From assembly GCA_041691135.1 (NCBI GenBank), contig JBEPVF010000002.1, positions 160,001-224,000 on the forward strand: 64,000 bases of DNA, given 5' to 3'. Source of the stretch: Candidatus Peribacteria bacterium (GTDB lineage: Bacteria; Patescibacteriota; Gracilibacteria; Peribacterales; Peribacteraceae). Positions within the stretch are counted from its first letter, which is position 1. Every line of letters begins with the position of its first letter. Shown here piece by piece: positions 48,295 through 57,503 of the stretch. The notes under the pieces were generated by a model, which did not search any database, was not told the DNA's origin, and worked only from the letters and a program-made list of their open reading frames with translations. Position numbers and translations under genes: made by a program.

Positions 48295-49293
48295 ATGAAT
48301 CGACTCGTCGCCTTTTCCGTCGCCACAAGTCTGCTGCTTATCGCAAGCATCGCTATGACAAGCCTGGCAATGCTGGTCGGACCCAATATCGCTTTTCAGC
48401 ATTTGAAGGAAGCGATGGCACAGGAGACGCCCCAGGCGACGATGATCGCAGTGGGCGATGTGATGCTATCGCGCATGGTGCAACGCGGCATACGGTCGAA
48501 TGCCGATCCGCTCTATCCTTTTTCGCGCATCAAGGAATATCTGTCGTCGGCGGATTTCGTGTTCGGCAATTTGGAGACCACCATCTTTCCCGGCGATCTG
48601 ACGCCAACGACGACGATGCAGTTTCGCAGCGACCCGGGCGTGGAGAAGCGCCTGTACGACGTGGGATTCCGCGCGCTCTCGATCGCCAATAATCACATGC
48701 ACGATTACAAAAAGCAGGGCATCCGTTCGACAGTGATGGCGCTCGAAGCCGCCGATATTCGAGCGGCGGGTGCGGGTGATACCGAAGAACATGCCTACGC
48801 TCCGCAGTACATGACGACTAACGGCATCACCTTCGCCTTCCTGGCCTATGCCGATCCGAAGATTATTGCCCCCGCCTCCCGCGCCCGGGGGGATGATGCG
48901 GGTATCGCCATCATGGATGTGGCGAAAATGCAGGCAGCGGTGAAGGCTGCCAACGAAAAGGCCGACATCGTGATCGTCTCGATGCACAGCGGTATTGAGT
49001 ACACCAGTGTCCCGACCGACAGCCAGAAAACATTCGCCCATGCGGCCATCGATGCCGGCGCCGACATGGTGGTGGGCGCGCATCCGCACACCGTGCAACC
49101 GGTCGAAATCTACCACAACAAATATGTCTTCTACAGCCTCGGCAACTTCGTATTCGATCAGATGTGGTCGAACGGCACCAGACAGGGGCTGACGGCAAAA
49201 ATAACGTTCACGCCAGACGGTGTGAAGAACGTGGAACAGATTCCGGTATCGATCGATACGTCGTATCAGCCGTTCATACCAAATCAGCAATAA
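48295..49293 (+). CDS. CapA/PgsA family metallophosphoesterase-like protein
   Basis: VGDVML, GNLE, ANNH..DY, H.G.EY, GAHPH and YSLGNF. Confidence 0.92.
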   Translation: MNRLVAFSVATSLLLIASIAMTSLAMLVGPNIAFQHLKEAMAQETPQATMIAVGDVMLSRMVQRGIRSNADPLYPFSRIKEYLSSADFVFGNLETTIFPGDLTPTTTMQFRSDPGVEKRLYDVGFRALSIANNHMHDYKKQGIRSTVMALEAADIRAAGAGDTEEHAYAPQYMTTNGITFAFLAYADPKIIAPASRARGDDAGIAIMDVAKMQAAVKAANEKADIVIVSMHSGIEYTSVPTDSQKTFAHAAIDAGADMVVGAHPHTVQPVEIYHNKYVFYSLGNFVFDQMWSNGTRQGLTAKITFTPDGVKNVEQIPVSIDTSYQPFIPNQQ

Positions 49294-49327
49294 TCATTCT
49301 ATGTATGCCCAATGAATAGCGGAGCGT

Positions 49328-51127
49328 CTATTTCTTCTCCGACCGCTTACGTTCGTTCTCGTTCAGGACCTTCTTACGCAGACGGATGCTGCTCGGCGTG
49401 ATCTCCACCAGTTCATCATCGTCGATATACTCCAATGCCTGCTCCAGCGTCATCGGCTTGATCGGCGTGAGAGTGAGCGCTTCGTCGGTACCGGAGGCGC
49501 GCACGTTCGTGAGCTTCTTGTTCTTGGCGGCGTTGACAACCAGATCGCCCGGTTTGGCGCTCTCGCCGATGATCATCCCTTCGTACATTTTGGTCTGCGG
49601 CAGGATGAACAAACGACCGCGCTCTTCCAGTTTCCAGAGCGAATAGGCCATTGCATCGTCGGTTGCCATCGAGATCATGGATCCGCGCGTGCGACCTGGA
49701 ATATCGCCGCGATACGGCTCGTAGGCCAGGAACGAGTGGCTGAGGATTCCTTCGCCACGTGTTTCGATAATGAAGTCGCCGCGGAAGCCGAGCAGTCCGC
49801 GCGTCGGTACTTTGAATTCCAAACGTGAATGACCGTTCTCGGTGCGCATGTCGACCATTTCGCCTTTGCGCTGCGATAACATGTTGATCACGGTGCCGGA
49901 CGATACTTCGGGTACATCGATGATCGCCTGCTCCACCGGTTCCACCTTTACGCCATTCTCTTCGCGCATGATCACTTCCGGACGCGACACCTGGATCTCG
50001 AACCCTTCGCGACGCATCGTCTCGAGCAATACCGACAAGTGCAATTCGCCGCGACCCGATACTTTGTAGGCTTCGGTGTTGGGAATTTCTTCGACCTGCA
50101 ATCCCACGTTCGTCTCCAGTTCCTTCTGCAGACGCGCCTTGATATGTCGTGTGGTCACGAGCTTGCCTTCGCGACCGGCGAACGGCGAATCGTTGACCAT
50201 GAAGGTCATCGACACCGTTGGCGGATCGATACGAATGGCTGGCAACGGCTCGGCGGCTGCATCGGTCGTGATCGTTTCGCCCACATAGATGTCGGGAATA
50301 CCGGCGATCGTGTAGATATCGCCCGCCTTCGCCTCCGGTACTTCGATTTTCTTGAGGCCTTCGTTGGTCAGGATTTTGCTGATCTTGCCGGTACGCGCGG
50401 TTCCATCGGGCTTTTTGACTGTCACCTGTTGACCGACCTTCACCGTTCCCTCATACACGCGACCGACAGCCAAGCGGCCCAAATAGTTGTCGTATGCCAG
50501 CGCCGACGGCTGCATGCGGAACACCGCATCGGTGTTCTGCGACGCCTCGGCCACATGCGCCATGATCATCTCGAACAGCGGTGTCAGATCTTTGGAATCT
50601 TCGTCGAGCGTCTTTTTGGCAATGCCCTCGCGCGCGATGGCGAAAATGTACGGAAAATCGGCCTGCGCATCATTGGCACCCAGTGCGACGAACAGATCGA
50701 ATACCATGTCCACGACTTGCAGCGGACGCGCGGCGGGCTTGTCGATCTTGTTGATGACGACGATCGGACGTAATCCCAGCTCCAGCGACTTCTTCAACAC
50801 GAACTTTGTCTGCGGCATCGGACCTTCCTGAGCATCGACGAGGAGAAGCACGCAATCGACAGTGCGGAGCACGCGTTCCACTTCGGATCCGAAGTCGGCG
50901 TGTCCCGGCGTGTCGACGATATTGATCTTGCAGTCTTTGTAATGGATCGATGTGTTCTTGGCGTAGATGGTAATGCCGCGCTCGCGCTCCTGATCATTGC
51001 TGTCCATGATCAACTCCCCCACTTGTTCGTGCGCCTCAAATGCTCCGCCCTGTTTGAGCAGCGCATCGACGAGCGTCGTTTTACCGTGGTCAACGTGGGC
51101 AATGATGGCGATATTCCGGATAGTCAT
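49328..51127 (-). CDS. typA: Translational GTPase TypA/BipA
   Basis: [38 protein letters not shown] and DDELVEITP. Confidence 0.98.
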   Translation of the reverse strand: MTIRNIAIIAHVDHGKTTLVDALLKQGGAFEAHEQVGELIMDSNDQERERGITIYAKNTSIHYKDCKINIVDTPGHADFGSEVERVLRTVDCVLLLVDAQEGPMPQTKFVLKKSLELGLRPIVVINKIDKPAARPLQVVDMVFDLFVALGANDAQADFPYIFAIAREGIAKKTLDEDSKDLTPLFEMIMAHVAEASQNTDAVFRMQPSALAYDNYLGRLAVGRVYEGTVKVGQQVTVKKPDGTARTGKISKILTNEGLKKIEVPEAKAGDIYTIAGIPDIYVGETITTDAAAEPLPAIRIDPPTVSMTFMVNDSPFAGREGKLVTTRHIKARLQKELETNVGLQVEEIPNTEAYKVSGRGELHLSVLLETMRREGFEIQVSRPEVIMREENGVKVEPVEQAIIDVPEVSSGTVINMLSQRKGEMVDMRTENGHSRLEFKVPTRGLLGFRGDFIIETRGEGILSHSFLAYEPYRGDIPGRTRGSMISMATDDAMAYSLWKLEERGRLFILPQTKMYEGMIIGESAKPGDLVVNAAKNKKLTNVRASGTDEALTLTPIKPMTLEQALEYIDDDELVEITPSSIRLRKKVLNENERKRSEKK

Positions 51128-51232
51128 AAAACAGGCGAATGCACCCGAAAAGCACGCTCGGGCAGGAAGTAGGGGTAGTATCGGGATTTTTTGGCTAAGT
51201 GCAAGGAAAAGTGGATCAAATCAGCACTTTTG

Positions 51233-51820
51233 TTAAAAGTGGCGGAAGGTCAGGGACTCGCGTTGTTTCCGCTTGTATCTGCGTCCACCAAAATCATCCA
51301 TACGCACTGAAGGAATACCATGTTCCCATTGATAACGTGCCGGCCCCTGCAGCACATAGAGGTCACCGGGATTCAGTAACATGCGCACGTATTCCTGAGT
51401 GCTCTGTCGTATCAGTTCCATCACACACGATGAACCGAGTGACAGGCCGGCAATAGAGTTACCGAAAATCGGTTTATCCCTGTGATGATGAATGCCTTGT
51501 CCTGCAGAATAGCGCGCAATATATACAGAATTAAATGACCCGACATACAGAGGCTCATCATCGAAAGGCAAACCAAAAATGCCCAGGTCATAAATTTGGT
51601 TTGCAATGTCCTTCAGTACATTTGGCAGCTTCGCCGTTCCGAAACTCATGATTCCATATTTATCTGGCTGAAAGCGAATGTGCGTGTTCACCCAACGTTG
51701 CAAAATATTCTGCTGTCGATGGGACATGAAACCCGGGAACAAACTCAATCCTTCCGGAACATTTCCCTCCAATTGTTTTGCTGCAAGCGATCTGTCCGCG
51801 ACACCTTTAAAGTTCATCAT
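51233..51820 (-). CDS. AlkB-like 2OG-Fe(II) dioxygenase
   Basis: Y..GQGI.HHRD, LSLGS, ARY.WEHGI and R.SLTFR. Confidence 0.85.
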   Translation of the reverse strand: MMNFKGVADRSLAAKQLEGNVPEGLSLFPGFMSHRQQNILQRWVNTHIRFQPDKYGIMSFGTAKLPNVLKDIANQIYDLGIFGLPFDDEPLYVGSFNSVYIARYSAGQGIHHHRDKPIFGNSIAGLSLGSSCVMELIRQSTQEYVRMLLNPGDLYVLQGPARYQWEHGIPSVRMDDFGGRRYKRKQRESLTFRHF

Positions 51821-51839
51821 AACCTACAAGAAATCAGTA

Positions 51840-52310
51840 TCAACGCTTCATATGTCTTTCGTGTTCCAACAACCATTCCTTGCGCATATCACCGCCGGCG
51901 TAATTACCCACACCACCGCTCGACGGCACCACGCGATGACACGGAATGATGATGACGATGCGGTTTTTGCCGCATGCCGTGCCCACCGCTCTTACGGCTG
52001 CCGGACGCTTGACGCGCTTGGCGATCTGTTGATACGCACGTGTTTCGCCAAACGGAATGGCTGCGATCTCGTCCCACACGCTCAACATAAAATCCGATCC
52101 TTCCAGGATAAGCGGCAGTGAATCGAATGCCGTGCGTCGACCCACCAAGTATTCTTCCACCTGATGCTGACAATCTTTCATGATCGGATGCGGCACATCG
52201 CTTGCACCTTCGTCATCTACGAAACGCACCTCAAGAATACCGCGCGGGGTGCCGCGGATCTCTATATATCCGAGTGGTGAATCGAAGAAGAGGGAACGAC
52301 TGTCAGTCAT
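51840..52310 (-). CDS. ogt: Methylated-DNA--protein-cysteine S-methyltransferase
   Basis: IPFGET..Y..IA, RAVGTAC..N and IPCHRVV. Confidence 0.92.
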   Translation of the reverse strand: MTDSRSLFFDSPLGYIEIRGTPRGILEVRFVDDEGASDVPHPIMKDCQHQVEEYLVGRRTAFDSLPLILEGSDFMLSVWDEIAAIPFGETRAYQQIAKRVKRPAAVRAVGTACGKNRIVIIIPCHRVVPSSGGVGNYAGGDMRKEWLLEHERHMKR

Positions 52311-52382
52311 GGGGGGAGAAGAGAGCGAGTACGCAGCTATGGTACAGACTGACAACGATACTGACCCGCAAAATCTCGGAAA

Positions 52383-52970
52383 TTACTGCGGACTCACCGT
52401 TCCAACCGACGTGCCGTTGGCAGGCTGATTCACTCGCATGGCCGGACGCGGACTGGAGATCTGGTACGTTCCGGTGAGTGTTCCTTTGCCGATGACATGG
52501 AAACGTAACGCGCTCTTGAACGCGTCGCGGCTCTGCGGCGCCTTGGTGAGTAAGGTGTTGAGCGCGTACACCGTAAAGACGTAGTGATGCTTGGGGCCGG
52601 GATCCGGACATGGGCCGCTGTAGCCGATACGGTTAAAGGAGTTTTTACCCTGTAGCGATCCACTGGCCGTATCGCCACCGACAATCGTGAGCGGCGACGT
52701 GGGAATATTCCACGCCATCCAGTGTACGAACGCGCGGTGCTTGGGCGCATCGATATCATCCACCAGAATCGCGAGCGACTTGGTATTTTTGGGCAGGTTA
52801 TCCAATGTGAGTGTCGGCGCGGTATCGGCACCGTCACATGTGTTCTCCACCGGAATAATCTTGCCGTCGTCGAAGGCGGGACTACGGACACCGATATCCG
52901 TACTGGCGCCGCATGCAGCAAGAAGCATTGCACCGATACCGAAAGCCAGAAGACGGAGGGAGAGTTTCAT
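52383..52970 (-). CDS. YbhB/YbcL (PEBP/Raf kinase inhibitor-like) lipoprotein
   Basis: LAAC lipobox, DDIDAP, FVHW, GYSGPCP and HHYVFTVYAL. Confidence 0.9.
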   Translation of the reverse strand: MKLSLRLLAFGIGAMLLAACGASTDIGVRSPAFDDGKIIPVENTCDGADTAPTLTLDNLPKNTKSLAILVDDIDAPKHRAFVHWMAWNIPTSPLTIVGGDTASGSLQGKNSFNRIGYSGPCPDPGPKHHYVFTVYALNTLLTKAPQSRDAFKSALRFHVIGKGTLTGTYQISSPRPAMRVNQPANGTSVGTVSPQ

Positions 52971-53032
52971 ACGAAGGGCGTGATCGTACCATATTTACTG
53001 CATGGCACAATATGATGGCTTGGAACCATACC

Positions 53033-53063
53033 AAAAGAACGGCGGTTGCCCGCCGTTCTCTTT
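53033..53063 (-). terminator. Intrinsic terminator
   Basis: AGAACGGCGG-ttgc-CCGCCGTTCT flanked by A/T tracts. Confidence 0.75.
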
Positions 53064-53085
53064 AATTAGACTCAGTACTGCGCGT

Positions 53086-54609
53086 TTATTCAATATTCAA
53101 CGTTGCCGCACTGGGGCTCTGCAGTTGCGCACCGCTCGTGATATTACTCAGTGTGATGTTCACATTCTTCTGCAAATCCGACTGCGTCGTATTATTGAGA
53201 ATAGGAATGATGAACGCCTTGAGCGTCTCACCCGGTGCAAATGTAAGCGTTCCCGATGTCGCCGTGTAATCGGCGCCGGTCTTGGCATTACCGTCGCTCG
53301 TCGAGTAACTCACGCTCACCGTCGACTGCACTCCACCCACACGTATCACCGGAATTGAAATGCTGCCTGCACTCTTCAGTACGGTGTACGTACTCTGCGT
53401 GAGCTTAAGAGAACCGGTGGACGCCGATGTCGCTTCGTCGTCGATGATCGTCAGCACGATCGGATTCGGCGCACCGAGAGTCGCACCACCTGTGGGATTG
53501 CTCAATGTGAGGTTCACCGTCTTATTGCCGTCGATGGTGGAGTTATCCATGATCGGAATCGAGAACGTCTTCGTGGTCTCACCCGCGCCGAACGTGAGCG
53601 TGCCGGTGGTCGTCGTATAGTTGCTACCCGATGTAGCCGATCCGTTGCTCGTGGCATAGTTCACCGATACCTGTGCCGAATTGCTGCCCGTGCGATTGAC
53701 CGTGATCACGGCATTAGCCGTATTTTCCTGCACACCGTACGCATTCGCCGAGAAGAGAAGCATGCCACCCGGTCCGGCCGACGACGCCGTGGACGTATTG
53801 CCTCCGGTGCTGGAGTTACTGCTGCCGCTGGAAGGTGCCGTGCCTCCGCCACCATCGTTATCCAGAATCGTCAGGATCGCGCCGCAAGGATTGCCCAGCA
53901 CCACGCCGCCGGACGGCTCTTTCAGAACCAGACGGAGCGTCTTGTTGTACGTGGCTGCTTTGTTATCGACAATCGTCACTGAGAACGGTTTCGTCAGTTC
54001 GCCATCGGCAAACGTGAGCGTGCCCGATGTATTGTTGTAATCATCACCCGATACAGCTGTAATCGGTTCCAACGCATACTGCACACTCACCGAACCCTTG
54101 GTTCCGTTCGAACGGACCACTGCAACGTCGAATGTCTTGGACGCCTCGCCAATCGTGAAAGCATCTTTGGAGAAACGAACCGCACCCGCCGCACCAGGCG
54201 TACCCGGAGTACACGACGTCACCTGGCCATTGTTGCTTGAACTCGATGTGGAAGAATTATTGTTCGTCGCGCCGTTCGAAGACGAGGAACTACTGCTACG
54301 CGAACGTGAACTGGCTGCATTGGTATCGAACGACACACCCATAGCCACTGCGAACCGATCGAACATCACCGCTGCCTGCGCGCGTGTGAGCGGCTCATCG
54401 GGATGAAACTTGCCATCGTCGAATCCTTTGATAATTCCTTTGTTGTACATGTGTGCCACGGGAACATCGTAGTAGCTCCCGGCCGGGATATCGGCGAACA
54501 GGCTGGAGCCGAGCATGGTGGCACCGAAGGTAGTACCTGCCACGCCAAAGACCACGCCTGCAACAAACGGGATCCCCATTGCAAGCGACCAAAGACGTTG
54601 TCGTTTCAT
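53086..54609 (-). CDS. SLH-anchored protein with three Calx-beta domains
   Basis: FADIP...GIIKGFDDGKFHPDEPLTRAQ; three copies of V.Y.....A..G.[DN]Y....GTLTF..GE..K.F. Confidence 0.9.
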   Translation of the reverse strand: MKRQRLWSLAMGIPFVAGVVFGVAGTTFGATMLGSSLFADIPAGSYYDVPVAHMYNKGIIKGFDDGKFHPDEPLTRAQAAVMFDRFAVAMGVSFDTNAASSRSRSSSSSSSNGATNNNSSTSSSSNNGQVTSCTPGTPGAAGAVRFSKDAFTIGEASKTFDVAVVRSNGTKGSVSVQYALEPITAVSGDDYNNTSGTLTFADGELTKPFSVTIVDNKAATYNKTLRLVLKEPSGGVVLGNPCGAILTILDNDGGGGTAPSSGSSNSSTGGNTSTASSAGPGGMLLFSANAYGVQENTANAVITVNRTGSNSAQVSVNYATSNGSATSGSNYTTTTGTLTFGAGETTKTFSIPIMDNSTIDGNKTVNLTLSNPTGGATLGAPNPIVLTIIDDEATSASTGSLKLTQSTYTVLKSAGSISIPVIRVGGVQSTVSVSYSTSDGNAKTGADYTATSGTLTFAPGETLKAFIIPILNNTTQSDLQKNVNITLSNITSGAQLQSPSAATLNIE

Positions 54610-54784
54610 AAGTAAAGGTGGAAGAGAATGATACCGGAGCAGTATGCAGGTGCCGTGGAGGAGAATTCAATAGACAAAGGGGAGGGAGTGCTCGATACAC
54701 ATTAAATTACGTGACACAGCTTGATATGCCAAACTTACAATATCTAAACACTTAGTATTTAACAGAACTTATTTCCTGAAGTTG

Positions 54785-56185
54785 TTATTTCTTTTTGCGT
54801 AAAGGAAGATCAATATAAAAAGTCGTACCTTTACCCTCATGGCTATCAAAACTAATTTTGCCCCCCTGAGCCTCAACTCCCCCTTTGGCAACATATAGGC
54901 CAAATCCATTCCCTTCAATAGTGTTTCTGACATTACTCGCTCGATAAAGTTTTTCAAAGATTTTTGACTGCTCTTTAAGTGGGATACCCATTCCTGTATC
55001 ACGAATTTCAAAATGAATTACTTCATCTTTTATTTGCAATAAGAAATCTATTTCTCCATTCGCAGGCGTATATTTGACTGCATTTGTAAGAAGGTTTTCT
55101 ATTGTCATTCTAGTCAAGCGTTTATCAAGAAAAACAATAGGTAAAGAGGTCTGAATTTGGATACTGAGCTTAATAGATTTTTCCTTAACTTTAGGCTCAA
55201 CAACTTGGCAAATTTCTTCTACAAATTCTTTAAGATTTAACTCTTGGGGCTCGACACGAACACGACCGAGTTGAACCCTCGAAACATCTAAGATCATACT
55301 TACTAAGTCAGATAAATTAAGAGTTACCGATTGTATAGTTCTTATTTGCTTTTGTTGATCCTGATTTAAAGAGCCAACATCTTCGTCCATCATTAACTCC
55401 AAATACCACTTAATTGCAGTAACCGGTGCTGCGAGCTGATGACTTACTATGCCCAACAGTTCATCTTTTTGTTTGTCAATTTCACGCAGTTGTGCATTGG
55501 CAATTTGTAGCTGCTGATATAGATAAGCTTTTTCCAAAGCAAGAGCAACTACGTTTGTTAAGTTTTTAATAGATTCTTTCTCAAAATTATTAATTGACAT
55601 GTAATCACGATTTAAAGCAACAATAAATACACCTAGTACTTTACTTTCGACTATTAGAGGATAGAGCAATATTGACTTAATATGAGATTCAGATACTAAT
55701 GATTGCATTTTTTTTGGATTAATCAGCTCTCCCCAAATCTCTTTCAGATTATGAGTTACATTCGCTTTTTTGAGGTAGACTGCTTTTTTAAAAAATTTGC
55801 GCTTAATAACATTAGAAATGATTATTTCTTCTAGAATCATATTTTGTTTTTTTAAAGAATCTTGTACTCTTTTAGTCTTGGAGAAAGCTAAAGGAATAAG
55901 TGAATCAACTTGTGAATCAAAATAGAGAATACCGACTAGTTCAAAATTAAGATCGGTCAAAACTGTTTGGGAGAGTTGGGCTGCCAACTCTTTAGGCTCA
56001 AGTGTTAATATTCCTATTTCGTAAAGCCTGCTTAGAAGAGAAAGTGCCTTGTTTTTGTGCACAATTTCAATGTTTTTCTCATAAAGACTTTTAACTATAG
56101 CATCATCATTATCAGAAACTGTTGGAACTGTGTTAGACGCAATTTTACGTTTTAAATTAGCCTTTAGTTTTCGCTCTAGAAACAT
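54785..56185 (-). CDS. Soluble GAF-HisKA-HATPase histidine kinase
   Basis: GAF segment (SILLYPL....VLGVF), H-box VSHQLAAP, N-box NLLTNAVKY, DTGMGI and GNGFGL; no TM helix. Confidence 0.92.
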   Translation of the reverse strand: MFLERKLKANLKRKIASNTVPTVSDNDDAIVKSLYEKNIEIVHKNKALSLLSRLYEIGILTLEPKELAAQLSQTVLTDLNFELVGILYFDSQVDSLIPLAFSKTKRVQDSLKKQNMILEEIIISNVIKRKFFKKAVYLKKANVTHNLKEIWGELINPKKMQSLVSESHIKSILLYPLIVESKVLGVFIVALNRDYMSINNFEKESIKNLTNVVALALEKAYLYQQLQIANAQLREIDKQKDELLGIVSHQLAAPVTAIKWYLELMMDEDVGSLNQDQQKQIRTIQSVTLNLSDLVSMILDVSRVQLGRVRVEPQELNLKEFVEEICQVVEPKVKEKSIKLSIQIQTSLPIVFLDKRLTRMTIENLLTNAVKYTPANGEIDFLLQIKDEVIHFEIRDTGMGIPLKEQSKIFEKLYRASNVRNTIEGNGFGLYVAKGGVEAQGGKISFDSHEGKGTTFYIDLPLRKKK

Positions 56186-56360
56186 CTAGTAATTATATCA
56201 TATTATTATGCCATATACAACAAACTATGACTAATAACTTACATGTGTAAAACCTCCAAAAGTATCAGATATCCATACAGCTACTCCCTCAGCAGCTATA
56301 CCACATTTTTTTACTAACGTGCTACTAAATGATAATTAGGTAAATACTCTAAAAAAGTGT

Positions 56361-56645
56361 TTATTCTAGGCTCGTTGGCACTTGATTAGGTTTTAAGTCT
56401 GCAATTAGAGTACCCGCGGCTTCCTTACAAACTTCACGTCCAGCGCGGCCAAAGAGTTTTATAAACCTATTAACTAGGTTATTTATTGTAACAATGGAAT
56501 TGGAATTTTCTATTGAAACTATCCCCATTTCTTTATCAATTATATTTAAGCCTTCTACTTTAGCAGCCTCAAACCAAGCTACAGGTCCCATGAGTAGCTC
56601 CTGCTCTCTAATTATTTTTAGCGCTATTTTTTCGTATATGTTCAT
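56361..56645 (-). CDS. Small soluble helical protein of unknown function
   Basis: 94 aa: KIIREQELLMGPVAW.EA.KV.GL...LVNRF..LFGRAGREVCKEA; starts 16 nt after the membrane gene stop. Confidence 0.75.
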   Translation of the reverse strand: MNIYEKIALKIIREQELLMGPVAWFEAAKVEGLNIIDKEMGIVSIENSNSIVTINNLVNRFIKLFGRAGREVCKEAAGTLIADLKPNQVPTSLE

Positions 56646-56661
56646 GATGGCTATGTTGAAA

Positions 56662-57468
56662 CTAAGATTCCTTAAGTTTACTAAAACCAAGAACGCCAAA
56701 ACTCAATAAGAATAATCCTATTGTCAGCATGAGATCTCCAAAATTACCATTGTAATAAGTACCAACAGTAGTTGTATAAGAAAAAATAAAATCAGCAGCA
56801 GTCATGACTGCTAAACCTAATAAAATTGGTATAATATCTAAAGTATACATGCCCCCCATATATCTAAAGGAAAGTCCTGATATTACAGCTGCAAGAGTAA
56901 CTCCTACAAAATCTCCAAGTGGATAGGCAATATCAAGCGCTGTCTTTAGGGGAGTCTCACCAGCAGGAACTAGTACACCTCCACGCGCGACTACAACAAA
57001 AGCATAGTAGGATAAAATAAGTAGAATTAGAGGCGCAAATACAACAAAAATTTTAGCGTACAGATTTCTTAGGCCAAACTTAGCACCAGTTACTTTTGAA
57101 AGGTGAAAAGCGCCAAGACCATAAAAAAAGATACTAGGTGCAAACCCTAAATCTGCAACTGATGGATATGGAGCAGGTATGCCCATGAAGAAATTATAGT
57201 AGGACCAAATATTTTCGCCGCATCCCCACAGAAAAATCCCAAGTCCGATAAAGAATACCGCTCTTCCAATAGCTGTTTTTAGTCCACCCCATTTTTTTGC
57301 AGACAACATAGCGATGATGCCACTAAAAAAAGGAAGGAGTCCGAATAGGAATGAATAAAGATAGTTGTAGAAACCTTCTGTCGTTTTTGTAAAAAACAAT
57401 ATTGCCCAGAATGCACTAAGAGCAATTAAAGAAATTACACTGATTTTTTGAGGGTAATTTATTTTCAT
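56662..57468 (-). CDS. Stand-alone 7-8 TM receptor-like membrane protein
   Basis: W..GE.IWSYY......PYPSVADL and DIAYPLGD patterns recall the membrane input region of signalling proteins; no cytoplasmic output domain. Start is 57468 or 57507. Confidence 0.7.
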   Translation of the reverse strand: MKINYPQKISVISLIALSAFWAILFFTKTTEGFYNYLYSFLFGLLPFFSGIIAMLSAKKWGGLKTAIGRAVFFIGLGIFLWGCGENIWSYYNFFMGIPAPYPSVADLGFAPSIFFYGLGAFHLSKVTGAKFGLRNLYAKIFVVFAPLILLILSYYAFVVVARGGVLVPAGETPLKTALDIAYPLGDFVGVTLAAVISGLSFRYMGGMYTLDIIPILLGLAVMTAADFIFSYTTTVGTYYNGNFGDLMLTIGLFLLSFGVLGFSKLKES

Positions 57469-57503
57469 ATGTACTTTAATTATAGCTTTTTTAAATTTTT
57501 CTG

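Noticed and set aside
56235-56335. Short open frame LVKKCGIAAEGVAVWISDTFGGFTHVSY between the small protein and the kinase, considered as a signal peptide precursor
   Set aside because: No ATG, GTG or TTG start after the upstream in-frame stop.
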